Shown here one piece after another: positions 13,923-40,346 of a stretch of 64,000 nucleotides of DNA. The notes beneath the pieces are model-generated. The model searched no databases and had not been told where the DNA came from. It saw only the letters and a list, made by a program, of their open reading frames with translations. The stretch's first letter is position 1, and every line of letters starts with the position of its first letter. This DNA is from Chrysomallon squamiferum (Eukaryota > Animalia > Mollusca): contig CM022668.1 in NCBI GenBank assembly GCA_012295275.1, forward strand, positions 62,001 to 126,000, written 5' to 3'. The translations under genes and the position numbers were made by a program.

Positions 13923-14883
13923 CCTCTTTTTCCTTCCCTTTTTTTCTCCCTGTTCCAATGCATCTACCTTTATCTCTATCATCTCCTATCTATTTATCTC
14001 TTATTTCTTAGTATCAGATAACTAACTAAATAAATAAATACAAAAATTGCTATAATTATATGATCTTTCCGTTACCTGGATTTGATCATAAAATATATAA
14101 TTTACAAAATATTAATTCAATATAAGCAATGGTTTCGGCTTACTCTTTGCAGGAAATTAAATATGCTCCATATGCAGTAGTCTCCCTTAAGTTATAGGTG
14201 ACTGTCTGATTATTTTCAGCAATTTAATGAATTCTAAAATCCATGGTTCTTACATCAACTGTAGATGCCTATTTCATTACTGACATAAACTCAAAATTAA
14301 TTGTACACACGATGCTGCGATCTCTAATGAATTATAGATCGTCATCTTAATATTTACAGCAAACCTATATTAATTATAACTCCCGTGAACTGCAGATAGC
14401 CATCTGATTGTGTACAACAAATTAAATAAACATGAACTATTGGTTTGCCGTGAAGTGCTTATTTACATTTTCAAATGTTTGTTGATTTATACTATTCTTG
14501 GAATAATATGTATGAACACAGATGAAATAAAATAAGGGAGATAACTGTGGCTAAAACATGTATAAGTGATATGTATATTTATATATCTGTATGTATGTAT
14601 GTATGTATTTATAGTTATTAATGTATGTATGTATGTGTGTATGTATGTATGTATGTGTGTATGTTAGTTGTATGTATATGTATGTAGGTGTGTGTAGAGA
14701 CAGTTTAGCGAAGCGCACTTTGTAATACTGACTAGAAAACTAATGTTAATAAAAGTGTTGTCTCTTTAAACCATACGTTCTGTTATGTTTCTCTTTAGTA
14801 CAGGTTTGAAAGGTGATGGTCAAATAAAAAAAAACATAGCTGCTTTACTTACATATGTATGGCAATTTATTCAATACAAATTA

Positions 14884-14944
<61 letters not shown>

Positions 14945-15069
14945 ACTTCGTTATTTCAAAATAACTGAAAACATTTTACAAATCAAACAGTAGATTGATG
15001 CCAATCTGATTAATGACGTCGATAGTGACGCAATAAAGTGCACAGCGATGAATGATAACGATTGTTGTC

Positions 15070-26434
<11,365 letters not shown>

Positions 26435-26641
26435 TTTATTTAAAACAAAAACATTTTCTTTCTACACTTTTCTCTATCCTGCATTATGTTTTATAGAAGA
26501 TACTCTGAGTACCAGAAACTAGATCAGTAAAACACACTTTGAAATTAAAAATATATGTTAATGAAATTTATTTTATTTTCAATACAATTTAATTTTATTT
26601 TTAATAATTATTATTTTTTATTTTATTTTTATTATTATTAT

Positions 26642-26690
<49 letters not shown>

Positions 26691-27309
26691 GATACATTAA
26701 TTTTTTATGTGAATTATTGTATTCAAGGAACAGAAATATATATATATATGCATACATACATACATACATACATACATACATACACAGACATAATATACAT
26801 ATACACATATATATACATACATACATACACATATATATATATGTATGTATGTATATATATGTGTATATGTATATTATGTCTGTGTATGTATGTATGTATG
26901 TATGTATGTATGTATGTATATATATGTGTATATGTATATTATGTCTGTGTATGTATGTATGTATGTATGTATGTATGTATGTATGCATGCATGCATGCAT
27001 GTACGCCCATACATATCTTATGATTATGTATGTACATTTGTAGTATATATTTAGGTGTCTGCCTGTGATATATGCAAAAGGAAGTTAAAGCGATGTTTAT
27101 ATGTATCTGTGTGTGTACATTCTAATATCTATAAAGATGGCTATAAATCCGAAGTTCTTGTAATGTTGCAAGTGTGTCAGTGATAAATGTATGACGGATT
27201 TATCACCATTCTCTATAGAAAGATACATAGACTTGTGAAAAACGTTAACATGTTTTAATAAAACAATTTTTTATGAATATGAATGTTTTGATTATCTATT
27301 TCAAATTGG

Positions 27310-27407
<98 letters not shown>

Positions 27408-27556
27408 TATGTATGTATGTATGTATGTATGTATATATAAAGAATAAATGAAACAAAAAATTCAACATTTTTTATAATGAAACATTATGTCAGCATTTCA
27501 TTACTTCATAACAGGTGTCCTGACCTCAACGCGTAAATAGCAGAATGACAGTAATA

Positions 27557-28150
27557 CAGTGGTACCTTGACTTACGAGTTTAATTCGTTATGTGTCCGAG
27601 CTCGTAACTCAATTTGCTCTTATGTCAAATCAGTTTTCCCAACTTAAATTAATTGAAATACCATTAATCCGTTACAGCCCACCAAAACCATCCTTTTTTT
27701 TGTAAATAAGAAAAATGTATATAAAAATGAAGATACAGCCTTTATCGACTCCTTCTGTTTCAGTATGGTACATATCGTAGAAGTACTATGCTTTTCCTGC
27801 CTAGCGAAGTCGACTACATGCGCACCTATCTTATATTTTTCTATGATTTCATGCTTTAATTCAATGGACATCATCCGTTTCTTTTTCTCAGCAGTGGCCT
27901 TTGCACCGACTTTCTTACGATCCATGGTCAGAAAACAAAGAATTTTGGCAAAATACTGCACAAAACGAGAAGAGAAATGCTTCCGCGGCGAGGTAACCAC
28001 GTGAATAACGAGTGAAACGCGGGATGCGTATCTGAAGCTGGCTCGTAAATTGGATTCTGGCTCGGAACTCAAAGCAGAAAATCGACCATGCGACTGCATG
28101 TAACGCGGAAAAGTCGAGAGTTGGGGCACTCATGAGTCAAGGTACCATCA
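27557..28150 (-). mobile_element. Tigger/pogo-derived non-autonomous element (copy 2) with CENP-B/Psq HTH remnant
   Basis: TA|CAGTGGTACCTTGACTTACGAG ... CTCATGAGTCAAGGTACCA form the TIRs. The minus-strand ORF contains KKKRMMSIELKHEIIEKYKIGAHVVDFARQEKHSTSTICTILKQKESIK, a Tigger transposase N-terminal HTH. Confidence 0.9.
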
Positions 28151-28300
28151 TTTTCTTCTTATTAGATAAAACTAGAACAAACTGGTTCGTTGCGAAAACG
28201 ATGCCGTCACATTTAGAGATAATGGCGGCGCGTGACTATTTCTAAGCAGTACTTCTGTTGTTACACCAGGTTATTCAGATTGAATGGCTAAAAGCAAACA

Positions 28301-28336
<36 letters not shown>

Positions 28337-29996
28337 ATATATATATAAATAAGTTTAAAAGTAGCAGAATTAAACTATTTCTTCGCAACTCAACTGCTTG
28401 ATAGCTTAAAACTAGACAGATATAGAAAAATCCTAATGGAGTTTATGTTACAAAAACAAAAACTACCAAAAGGAAACACAATAGCACAGTTACTTATAAT
28501 GAATTATAATAGTGGATTAAAGCTGACAAAGATATGAAAAGGAAGGTTTTTTGTTTTTGTTTGATTGGTTCTTTGTTTCGGTTGTTTTTGTTTTTGTTGT
28601 TTTGGGGGGGATTTGTTGTGGGGATTCTAGATGGAGAATTTAATATATATCCTATGACATCAAGGCTGATTTAATTAGTAAGAGAAAGAAATGAAAATGT
28701 ATTCTATGACATCACAGCTGTTTAACTAATACAGGGAGAATTATAAATGGATTCTTCTTATAATTTAAACTAATGATTCTTCATAGACTGGTTAAATTAA
28801 TCACACAATTCTGTCTGGTTCAACTTGTCTTCTTACTGAGATACGTTGTTAATCTGCTCGTGTATATTAACCATACTGCTTTACTGTTCATATCATGTTG
28901 TTAACAAAAACAAATAAACAATATTTGGGAAATTCGTTAACTGAAACCTGTTTTTGACAGAAACAGAAACTCATGTCTACGACTGTTCAGTCACGGAATT
29001 TGTATGTTTACTGTTGGTATGGGTGTGGGTGTGTAGGTGTCTACAAATAAAAAGAAACAAAAGGGTGAATCATTAATAATTAATTTAATACTGAATATAC
29101 AATACCGAATCATATAAATGTATTTATAACAGAATGGACGTTGAATCTGAATAATAATAAAAAAAAAATATATATATACTGAAAAAGCACTGAAATCTAA
29201 CTGCTAAAAATGCAGTACAAAAGAGTTTTACATCATCTACAGACACCGACATGTTTTGACGTATGTCCATCGGACCATTTAATCTTCCAGAAAACCGGCT
29301 TTAGACATGTATTAATTAGTTTGTGATGTATACTATAAATACGTGTATACATTTATCTTATTAAGCTTCTGAACAGAAAACCGCAACACATTTTGTGTCA
29401 AGCTAGCTTGATAAATGATCGGGTACCTGTATGTAACAATGCCCCTGGTTTGGCCACCTCAAATACATGTCAAACAGAGGTTAGATACATGTGTTTTCAG
29501 TCGAATCCGAGTCGACATGCACGTCTGATTAAAATCAAACATTTTTGAAGATTAATCTTCAAACGTGTTTGTACTTATTTCTACTTTTAATAAGGTTGCT
29601 GCAATTCAGTGTAAAGCTATTTTCTTTTTGGGGGTGGGGGTGGGTGAGGGGTTTGGTGGCATTCTATTTTTCTTAATAATGAAGAAAAGTAATTTTAAAA
29701 GGTCTGAATTTCAGTCGGTCTCCGTCAATACAAACATACATGATTTTAATCTGATTTTTAAACTATGTACCGAAAATTAAAAATATAAATAAATAATATA
29801 CATAAAATAAAATTTAAAATTAATAATAATAATAATAATAATAATTGAAAAACGAAAAAATAAAATTAGAAAAAATAAAACGAAGGTAGTATTTCAATGA
29901 CTCTTGTGGGTATGTATTAAATGGATCACAGAAATAATTAGTTACTTCTTATTAAATAAAGTTTTAGTACTGCAACAAGAATAGCGAAATGGAATG

Positions 29997-32033
29997 CTAT
30001 AATACTGTCATGTCCCTAGCTGTTCCTGGTTCTTCGTGTACTTGGGCTTGCACTTCGATTTCTCTCGTCGTACAGACTGGACAACCAACTTCAGGTAGTT
30101 TCGGATCCTCGTTCGGCTGAGACTCGGGACTCGACTCAGAATATATGGTTGCCATTTCGTTCTGTTCCATATACCTCTGTCCACGCCTGCCCATACAGAA
30201 GAAGCAGAGGTCATCTGAAGCAGTAGGGTGCCAGTGTCTTTCCTGATGTCTCTGTGCTCTCTTTAACGAAACTGCTCTTTCTAAAGCGTCCGGCAAGAGA
30301 GAATGCATGGATGGATTTTCTAATATTCGTTGTCGACATGTGCACTCGGGTTCTCTTCTGACGGCTAAATTTCGATCTGCGCTTCTTAAACTGACCCTGT
30401 CGCCATGCAGGTAGCAAGTGTCTGATAGCACCGGCATGATGATTGTATCCTGTACGACTCCATGAACACTGCATACGCTTTCTGAAGGTACGGCTATGAC
30501 GTTTCTCTCTATTCTTCTGTATGTAGGTTTTTCTCTGTTAGTATTACAGCTACATTTAGACATTACGGGAACGATGCTTCTGTCCTCCCTTCTGTCTAAG
30601 TATCTTGTAGGAGAAAGATCACACGTGCACACTGGCGGTGTAGCAGAACTAATCGGAATATTCCTTTTCTGATATCTGTTTTTGCCGCAACTGCACTCAA
30701 CAGGTATCATTCTCAAACTGCTCGAGCCGATTACGTCAAAAGAATGTTGAGATGGGCGGGCTACTAAAGTATGCCCAGACGGTGTTCGGAGTCCACACAC
30801 AGCTCCGGTCAGTTCATGAACACTACATACACGTTCAGGCGAGGTTCCTGTCTCCAAGGCCTGATCAGACGGTGTACGGCTACCTGAAACGGACGTCTGC
30901 GCCTTTTTACGCCTACGTGTTGTTAATGGACTTAACGCGCCCTTTGCATTACTTTTTGGAACTGAATGTCCCAATGACAAGTCATCCGCGGACAACACTG
31001 ACGACGATGTCGCCTGATCACGAGGATATGTTGCAAACTTTTGCGGCAAAGCATCATGCGCGTTCTTTTTAGGAATGTCTGTCGTGCTGGGTTCTACAAC
31101 ACCAGACTCAGCAGATACAATCTCGGACTCGTCTGCATCCGTGACGGAATATGATCCGGCAGAGAGAGCGATTACATCTTCAGACGTCGACAATCCATAC
31201 ATTCTTTTTATTCTGCCTTCACCTTCCATCTCCTTCTGCTCATCCTGCATCTCCTCCTCCTCCTCCTCCTCTTCTTCTTCTTCTTCTTCTTCTTCTTCTT
31301 CTTCAGTTCCTTCTCCAGAACTTTCAGGACTTTCGTCACGCTTTTTCTTTGAAATCTCTTGAAATTTCTGTAAAAACACATGCAGCTTACTGAAACGTAT
31401 ATTTCGGAAGCGTAACATGCTTGGTTGAAATTTATTTAAAGTTAAACCGCTCAGACGAGACCTGACTGTTTTCAGAGAAACCCTGCTGAAACGATTTGTC
31501 ACTGGCAGGAACAGCACAGAGGAGCGCCTAGCCAACGTTTTGAAACCAAGTAGATCTATCAGTGACGGCTTTCCAAAGTCACTCTGCAGTTTCTGCATCA
31601 ACCTGAACACAGAAACACATTGTTGTATATGAACATGACTAATGCTCTTGTTAACAATATTGCTACAACAGTTGTTGTCGTAGAATATATTACTCATATT
31701 GTTGTTGAAATAAATAAATATTATCATTATGTTTAAGACTGCAGTTACTGCTGTCATTATTACCTAATTGACATTATAGGTATGTTCTGAGACTGAATGT
31801 TATGTGGCATCTCTGTGTGTGAATATTAATCATTCAGAATCTACAGTGTTATTTTTGATGCATCATTCATTCCCAAATAGTAAAGAGATGTAATATTTTG
31901 TCTTGTAAACAAAACTGATTTATTCTTTGTCGTACGTTTGTACTTACCAGAAAATAACCAAAACTGAATTAACTATAAATAAGACTGTTAAACCAAGAAC
32001 AATAACCAAAGCCTTAGTGGATTTTTCTTCTGA

Positions 32034-32097
<64 letters not shown>

Positions 32098-33108
32098 GTT
32101 ACAACAACAACAGCAAAACAACAACAACAACGTATAAAACACGTTAAATTAAATTTTTTATAAAAGGCAAACACAAATCAACAAGCAAACAAACAAACAA
32201 ACAAACAAAATAAATAAAGAAAGAAATAAATACCGTATATACTTGTGTACAAGGCGACCTTATGTATAAGTCGATGTGTATTTTAAGACCAAAAATTGCG
32301 TCATTTTAGGTATTACTTGTGTATAAGTCGACTGTCGATTCCAGGCACCGTCACTATTTTTAGACCAGTGTGACAGTGCCATGAAGGCCTACATTGTACG
32401 CCTACTGTAACATAACTTGCACGAGCTGTAACTTGCACGTGCAATTCAAAGTAAGATAATTTCGGAACCTCAGCAATATTTTTTTCTGTCGAAACTCTGC
32501 TACAAGACACGCCCCCGATCCTATTCCTAGCGCGCTAATTGGCCGAGGCTTCGCGCACTTGGCAACCGACTAGAATAACAAATATGGCGAGAAGTTGAAC
32601 TGATTTTTGTTGCAGAACGTTTATAGAAATTTAGTTTGTTTTCGATTTGTCGGTAGTGGATATTAATGACGATTGCAATATTATTTCACCAAATTCTTTA
32701 CAATTACACAAGTGAGTTTTGTTTATGAAATTAGGACCGATATTTAGTGCAATTTGGCAGAGAAGTCTGCATTCCTAGATCATTGCAAGACGCCGTAAGG
32801 CATAACACCGTACTGACGGTTTTCTCGCTTTAAAATGTATTTGTATGTCATTAAACGGAAGAATATCATGTTTTACATTCATATTTGGTTTTGTTATTTA
32901 ATTTTTCCAAATTTTTTAAACTATAAAATTATATTTTTGAAAAGCTGAAAGACCGCGATTATTTTAGATGCATCCCGTAGCAAAAAATAGTCAAAATGGC
33001 GACTCTTCAGCAACAGCTACAAAAGCATTACCTATGTATAAGTCGACCCCCAAAATATTACCTTAATATAGTCTCCCGAAAATTCGACTTATACACAAGT
33101 ATATACGG

Positions 33109-33143
<35 letters not shown>

Positions 33144-36100
33144 ATACTATCTTCACAGAATGTTCCTGTATAGCCTTCTTGACACTGACAGAAAAATGTT
33201 TCGATAGTGTTCACACATTTACCAGAATATTCACACTTGTTTGGTACACAATGATCAATAACTGTAAAAGAAATCAGAGTGAATCAATGAACAAATGTTC
33301 AATGAATGAATGAATGAAAAAGAGATCATAAGGACAAACAAGGAATGAAAATTAAATGAATGAAAGACACAACCAGAAGTTAATAAAAATCAAAATTAAT
33401 AATAATAACAACAACAAAAGATGTACAACACACACACACACACACATACACACACACAAACACACACACACACATACACACAAACACACCACTGTGTTAG
33501 AATCACAACAGTTGAAACTGCAAAAATAAATAAAATGATTAAGATGATGACAGTAATAAGAAATGAGAAGCATTATATATATATATATATGATCATACTG
33601 TTAGCACTAAGACTTAAATAAAAAGAAAGATAAATAAATATAATAATATCTCAGAAGCATAATAAATATACATATATATATGCTATTTTTTAGGAGATCC
33701 ATGTATTAAAAGTAAAGAAATAGATAAATACTTTAAGTATATTCAGTGTACATGTACTATTTGTTGTTCAGTGTATCTGCTGCTAAAACATTACTTACTC
33801 TCCTCACAGTGAGTTCCATAGTTTTCCTCCAAACATTGACATTTTTCAACATCCTGACGACATGAATCTGAATTCAGACATGAATTGTCATCAACCACTG
33901 AAAAGATAAATTTATCAAAATTACTATTATTCAGTGGTTATTATTCTTTTCATTATATTTTTACTTAACTTCCCCTTTACAAATAATTATGAAGACTGGC
34001 ATCCCCCAGTGGCATATCTAAGGTATGGCAAGAATGGCATGTGCCCTGGGTGTCTCTGGGCACTTTCTATTAAACTCTACTAGTCTTCTTGAGCTGATTT
34101 TATGGTAAAGATGTCTGTGAGATATTTGTCACAGGTCTTATTTTCTCTGCAAAATTTATACTCTAAATGAAGTATCGTGAATTGTTTAGTGTAGTTGTAA
34201 GACTTTATTCATATATTGCATTTACAGACCTTTCTCTATTTTACAGTACTCAAAGATTGTGCTAATGCTCTCTGCTACAAAATGTTCATTTAGAATTTTG
34301 CTGATATTTTATTTGATGAAATGATGTGATAATTTGAATTATAATTTAAATATAATTTTACTATAAATCAATGGCATACAAATGAACTTAAGTTTAAATT
34401 TTAATTTTATGTTTTCTAATTGTTGAAATGAAAATATCTGATATCATCACACTACTGACATTAAGTTCAGTTTATTTACAATTGCTTGTTATATAATTAA
34501 TCATTTTTAAATTAATAAATGTATACATATATTCTTAGCAAAGTGTTTTAATATAATAATTATTAGGTGTCGTATTTCATATATAATGATGATTATGATA
34601 GCAACTGGCTGTGATCACTTCTTGGGGTTTTCTCATTCATTAAGATCAAGATATGTTCTATATACAGCAAGAGTAAAGCCCATACCATGGTCTTAGTAAA
34701 TATGTTCTGTATACTAAGTGCATGTCTGATATATTGTAACACTTGATTTCTAGCAAAAGTACATATCATATACAAATCACTAAGTAACAAAATATAAATG
34801 ATTGAATTTTATAATTAGAGAACAAGATCACAAATATCATGCATTTTTTAATGAAGGTTTTTTAATTTAATATAAATGTTATTATACAAATAAAATAAAA
34901 GGCTTACCAAGGCAGAATGATGACTCTTTTGATGTTTTCTCCAACTTGTAAATCTGTTGAGATTTACAGAAATGAACTTTGATCTTTATAGTTTCCAAAC
35001 ATTCATTCATTTTAAGTACCATACATGCATTTCGCTCTACACTCTGTCCAACAATACCTTTCTCTGGCAAATCTGTGTGTAGATAAATATTATAATAAGA
35101 TTTCATGTAAACATGATGAAATAATTGTAAATCATGACTCATTATTGAATTGGGGATTACATTTTTAAAAAAGATTTTTAGTAATATGTTTAATTAATCT
35201 GTTTTTTTTATGTATATAAATACTATTCACTATTTTCAAAATGACCACCTAAATTAATCAACATCTGTATACACTTTTTACATAAATAATATTCATGATT
35301 TGTTAAACTCTGCTATTTTAACACTTTACTGACAGCAATGAAAATTCCAATCAGATGTGAACCTGGTAGCCAGTTCACATGGGCCTATTTTTTAGGTTGC
35401 CTTTTCCCTTCAGTACAGGCAAAGTGAAACATTTAGTAATGATTATTATTGATGTTCTAGTTATTTTATTTCATTATGTTACCTGTAAGCTTACATCATA
35501 TACACTACATTTACATGTACATACATATATATAAATCATAAGTATTTAGCACTGACAATAAAAAATATTAAATCAGCAGTGGGGCCTGTATTTAAGGCTT
35601 GGGCCTATTATCAACTTTGTACAGGCCTGCACCCTGTAACCCACCCATAGTATTTCCATCCTCATTATTGATTAATCTTTTCAAATAAATAAATATGAAC
35701 TTGAAAAATGTTTTACATAAATAAAACTCAAGACAAGGCAATACCAAGTCAATTGAAACTTCAAACAAACTATATTCATGTCAGTCTGCTATATAAAATA
35801 AAAAAACTTTCAAATTCAACAGGTTAATTCACAGTAGAAGGGAGAGGAAAATAAAATGAATTCATAAAATGTAAATTGCCACATTTGTAGCCTATGTATT
35901 AAAATCCACAATCTACCATGTTAATATAATGAAAGTCTATGTATCTATCTATACATATACAGATATTTAATAATTGATACATCTTAACTTTTGGACTTTC
36001 CATCCTGATTGTCAGTACCAACATAAACTCAACAAATACTGTCATAGCAATACAAAAGAGTATTATTATTATTATTATGGAAAAGGCCACATATTTCAAT

Positions 36101-36359
36101 GGGGGTTTTTAAATTTTATAGGTAAACAAGTCCAAAGAATAAATTAATTTTGTCAACCTTTAATCCAGATAGGATAGGATGAGCCACACTGTAATGATTC
36201 TGCTGGTCTGCTAGCCAATCTGTATCCATAGGAACCAAAGTACATGTCAGTTTCAGGTAAAACATCATCACTCAGAGAAACCTCATTATCTTGCAGTACA
36301 TTGTCTACCTGTCGCTTGCACACATTTGTGAATGGCAGAAACTTCTCACATGGGTCTAG

Positions 36360-36399
<40 letters not shown>

Positions 36400-36875
36400 C
36401 AATACCAATAATAATAATAGTAATAATGATTATGCCAATAATAATAATACTAATAATAAGAAGAAGAAAAAGAAAAAGAATAATCATAATAATAATAGTA
36501 ATGATAATATTAAATAATAATAACAGAAGTAATAATAACAACAATAGTAATAATAATAATAATAATAATTATTGTTAATGTTGTTATTATTATTATTGGT
36601 AAAGAGGTAGAGGAAGAGGAGGTGACTATGATGATGATAATAGCAGTAGTAATAATGATGAAGACAAAATATTTTACTATTATAAATTCTATTTTATGGA
36701 TTTTGTTATATGCATGTGCGAGTTTCTATGTAATTTAAGTAATGCATGCGATAGCAGATTCAGTAGCAGTGCTTACAAGATTAAAAGATGATCCTACTTT
36801 GTACTGGTAATTAAGCAACGTGGTACCTATTATTTATTCTTCAGATTCTATTAAATACTTCCACCCTTCAGTTAC

Positions 36876-36944
<69 letters not shown>

Positions 36945-37346
36945 TCTATTATTCATATGTATTTTTGTGTATATATTGATGTGTAAATGTGAGTGTACTG
37001 TGTGTTTGTATGCATGTTTTGTCAGTCTCTGTATATCTAGTGTCATCTCAGTGTGTTTATTCAGAGTAACTGTTCACTCACCAAACTGACAGTTTTTTCC
37101 AGAAAAGCCTCCATGGCACTTACAGGTATAGGTTTCCCAGCCATTGACACATGTTCCAGAGTTTAAACATGGCTTAGAAGAACAGAAATCAAACACTGAA
37201 ACATTATTTAACATTTTACCATCAGCTACACATTCCCAGTTAAAACATGACTCTCTGTTCAGTGGTTTTCCTTTTTGTGAAACAGAGGTTGAAATATTTA
37301 AAGACCTTATTTTACGTCTTTATTTTAATTCATTCTGTGTGTGTGT

Positions 37347-37379
<33 letters not shown>

Positions 37380-40312
37380 AAGACATGAAAATATGAAATT
37401 AAGAAAGACACAAATGAAGAAGGAATGTTTAATATCAAATAATTCACACATTTTGTGTTAATTGTAACATTGATAATTAGAAAGGAAGCTTGCTGCTATG
37501 ATATTCTTTTAGCAGGAATATACATTTTTGATTAACCTTCAAATAGGCTGGAAAATATATATTTTCTAAATGGGTTATGGAGCAGAAGCTGTTTTGGTAA
37601 ATAATCAAATAAAGACATGAAGGAGAACTGACACTCAGCCACTCTCTGTTTATGAGCTAAAGTATGTCCAATCTATACACACAGCAAAGAGAGCTATACT
37701 TACTTGATTTACACTTTGTTCTTCCATTTACTGTCATGCAACTACAGTTATTATAAGTTTCATTGGTTACAGCTACAATTTAATATGTTTAAAATTAATA
37801 TATTAACACACACTCACATTATATATCATAATATATAGGCTTATGTTTATTCAAAACTAAATTTCATAATGTAATATATCTAACATGTTATATATAATAA
37901 TATTTCATAAACATATCGCAATGTCTAATTATTGAAAAATAAACATAAATTAAACATAAAATAAAATGAACATATTTTTATGACACAACTAAGAGCAGAT
38001 CTATCTTTATTTATAGAGGGTTTCAGTTCACAAAATCTTTATTGTAATGTTATATTTTGAAGAATTTGAAAATGTATTTTTTTTTTAACACAATTAATAG
38101 TAAATGATGCTGACTGTGAATGTAATAAAATTTTATAATAAAAAAATATTTTAGTATAAATGAATCATGTATATGGTGTACAGAGACAGCAAACAAAAAA
38201 AACACATTTCAACTATTACAGTTCTTCAGGCTTTTCACAAATGTCATAAAACTGATATATGATATACTGATAATAATTCATAATTGGATTATAAAATAAT
38301 TGATTACAGGTGTCAAAAATAATTAAATATATCATTAAAATTTGTCGTTAATGACGTCAGCTAAGACCATCCAAATCATTAAGGGGCCTTGTAATAAAAA
38401 TAATAATAATAATAATAAACAATGACATACCAAGACAATATGCTGAATCAGATGCTGTCCTTTCTAATTTGTAAATCTGATAAGATTTACAGAAATGAAC
38501 TTTGACCTTATGAGTGTCATAACAGTTATTGTCATTAACAACCACACATGCCTTACGCATAACACTATGGCCAACCACACCAAGCAGCGGTAAATCTGTA
38601 AATAAACAAATACTTTTGTTTGGTATTTCAAGATATTATTTTATTAAACATACATGCATCTGTTTGTGTGTGTCTGTACAGATGACTGTATGTTCCAACC
38701 AGCACCCTTCAGCTGAACACAAAGACTGTTATATATAAGTATAGCTGTAAGCAAGGAGTAGTTGTTGTAGTATTTGCTTTAATGCTTGTAACAACAGTAG
38801 TAAAACTAGTACTGCTACCTATAACAGTACTGGTAATAACAGCAGTATGTTTGCAGTAATTGCAATAGTACCTGTAGTAGTTGTAGTAAAAGTAGTGTTA
38901 ATAGTAATAACTCCATAATTATTTCTAGTAGTTATGGCAATCATAATAACTACTTGTTGAAGTAGTAGTGGTACCAGTAATAATATAACTTGTAATAGTA
39001 GTAATAGTACAGATAAAGTAGTAATTATAATAGTAAAAATAGTCTAGGTCAGTAGTAGTTCTACTAGTAATAACAGTACAGTACAGACATAATACTATTA
39101 GCAGTAATAATAGTAGCAGTAATAGTACATGTGAAGCAGTAATTCTGATAGTAGTAATAGTACAGGTGGAGCTGGAATTGTAATAATAGTTGTAATAGTA
39201 GATGTGTAGAGGTTCTGGTTGTAGTAATAGTACTTGTAATAGTAGTAGTAATAAAACATGTGGAATAGTACTTGTAATAGTAATAGTAGTAGTAGTAGTA
39301 GTATAGTAATAGTACAGGTAGAGTAGTACTGTTGTAGTAGTAATAGAAATAGTAATAGTAGTAATAGTAATAGTAGTAATGGTACTTGTAATAGTAGTAG
39401 TAATAGTTCAGATGGAGTGGTACTTGCAGTAATAGTAATATTATTTCAAGACTCAGTAGTAGAAACATTCACAGTGTTTACCTTTAATCCAGATTGGAAA
39501 CAAAGAACCACACTGAAGTAATTTTGGTGGTTTGTTTGCCAATCTGTAACCCAGGGAACCAAAGTAGACATCTTCCTGTAAAAATCTATCATCTAGTGAA
39601 CTCTCATCCTCTCCCAGTTCACTTGTAACAAGTCGCCTGCACACGTTTGGTAATGGGATAAATTTGTCACAAGGGTCTGGATCATAATGAAGATAATTAC
39701 AAAGAGGATGAGGATTATTATGATAATGATGGTTATGTTTTAAAATGATGTATATATGTGTATGGATGTATTGCTACTTATTGTGTGCAAGTGGGTGTAT
39801 TTTTGCCCATGTGTTTTTGTGTTTCTACTTATGTGTTTGTGCATGTGCATGCGTTTGCATGTGTGTGTAAACAACTGACCAGTTTCACAGTTTTTCCCAG
39901 TAAATCCATGAGGACATCTACAGGAGTAAGAGTCCCAGCCACTAATACATGTCCCAGAGTTTAAACATGGACTGCTAATACAGAAGTCATATACTGAAAC
40001 ATTATTAAATAACATTAATGTTTTTAAATTTTGTTTGTCAGCTGAACTGAATTAAATCTTTGTTAATATTTTAAACTGAAATTGATTTGGTTAAATAAAA
40101 AACTGTAAATTATTAATTAAATAATATTTTAAATTGATATTTATTTTGCAAAGTAAAACATTTTAAACTACTAAGCAGTTAATATTTTAAATAACATTTA
40201 TTTTGTTAAACTGTTAACTAAATAACATTTTAAATTGATACATGCTGTGTCTTTTTTGCCACAGGAAAAATTAAATTAAAATTTAATGATAATCCATATC
40301 AAGTCTTATAAG

Positions 40313-40346
<34 letters not shown>

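Noticed and set aside
30008-31393. Overlapping ORFs in other frames and on the opposite strand of the gene B last exon
   Set aside because: They are shadow ORFs of a relatively GC-rich coding exon with no independent features.
31603-31757. N-terminal 52 aa of the 586-aa ORF as a standalone single-exon gene
   Set aside because: A good acceptor (GTGTTCAG|G at 31602) matches the phase-2 TM exon. The upstream part is intron that happens to be open.
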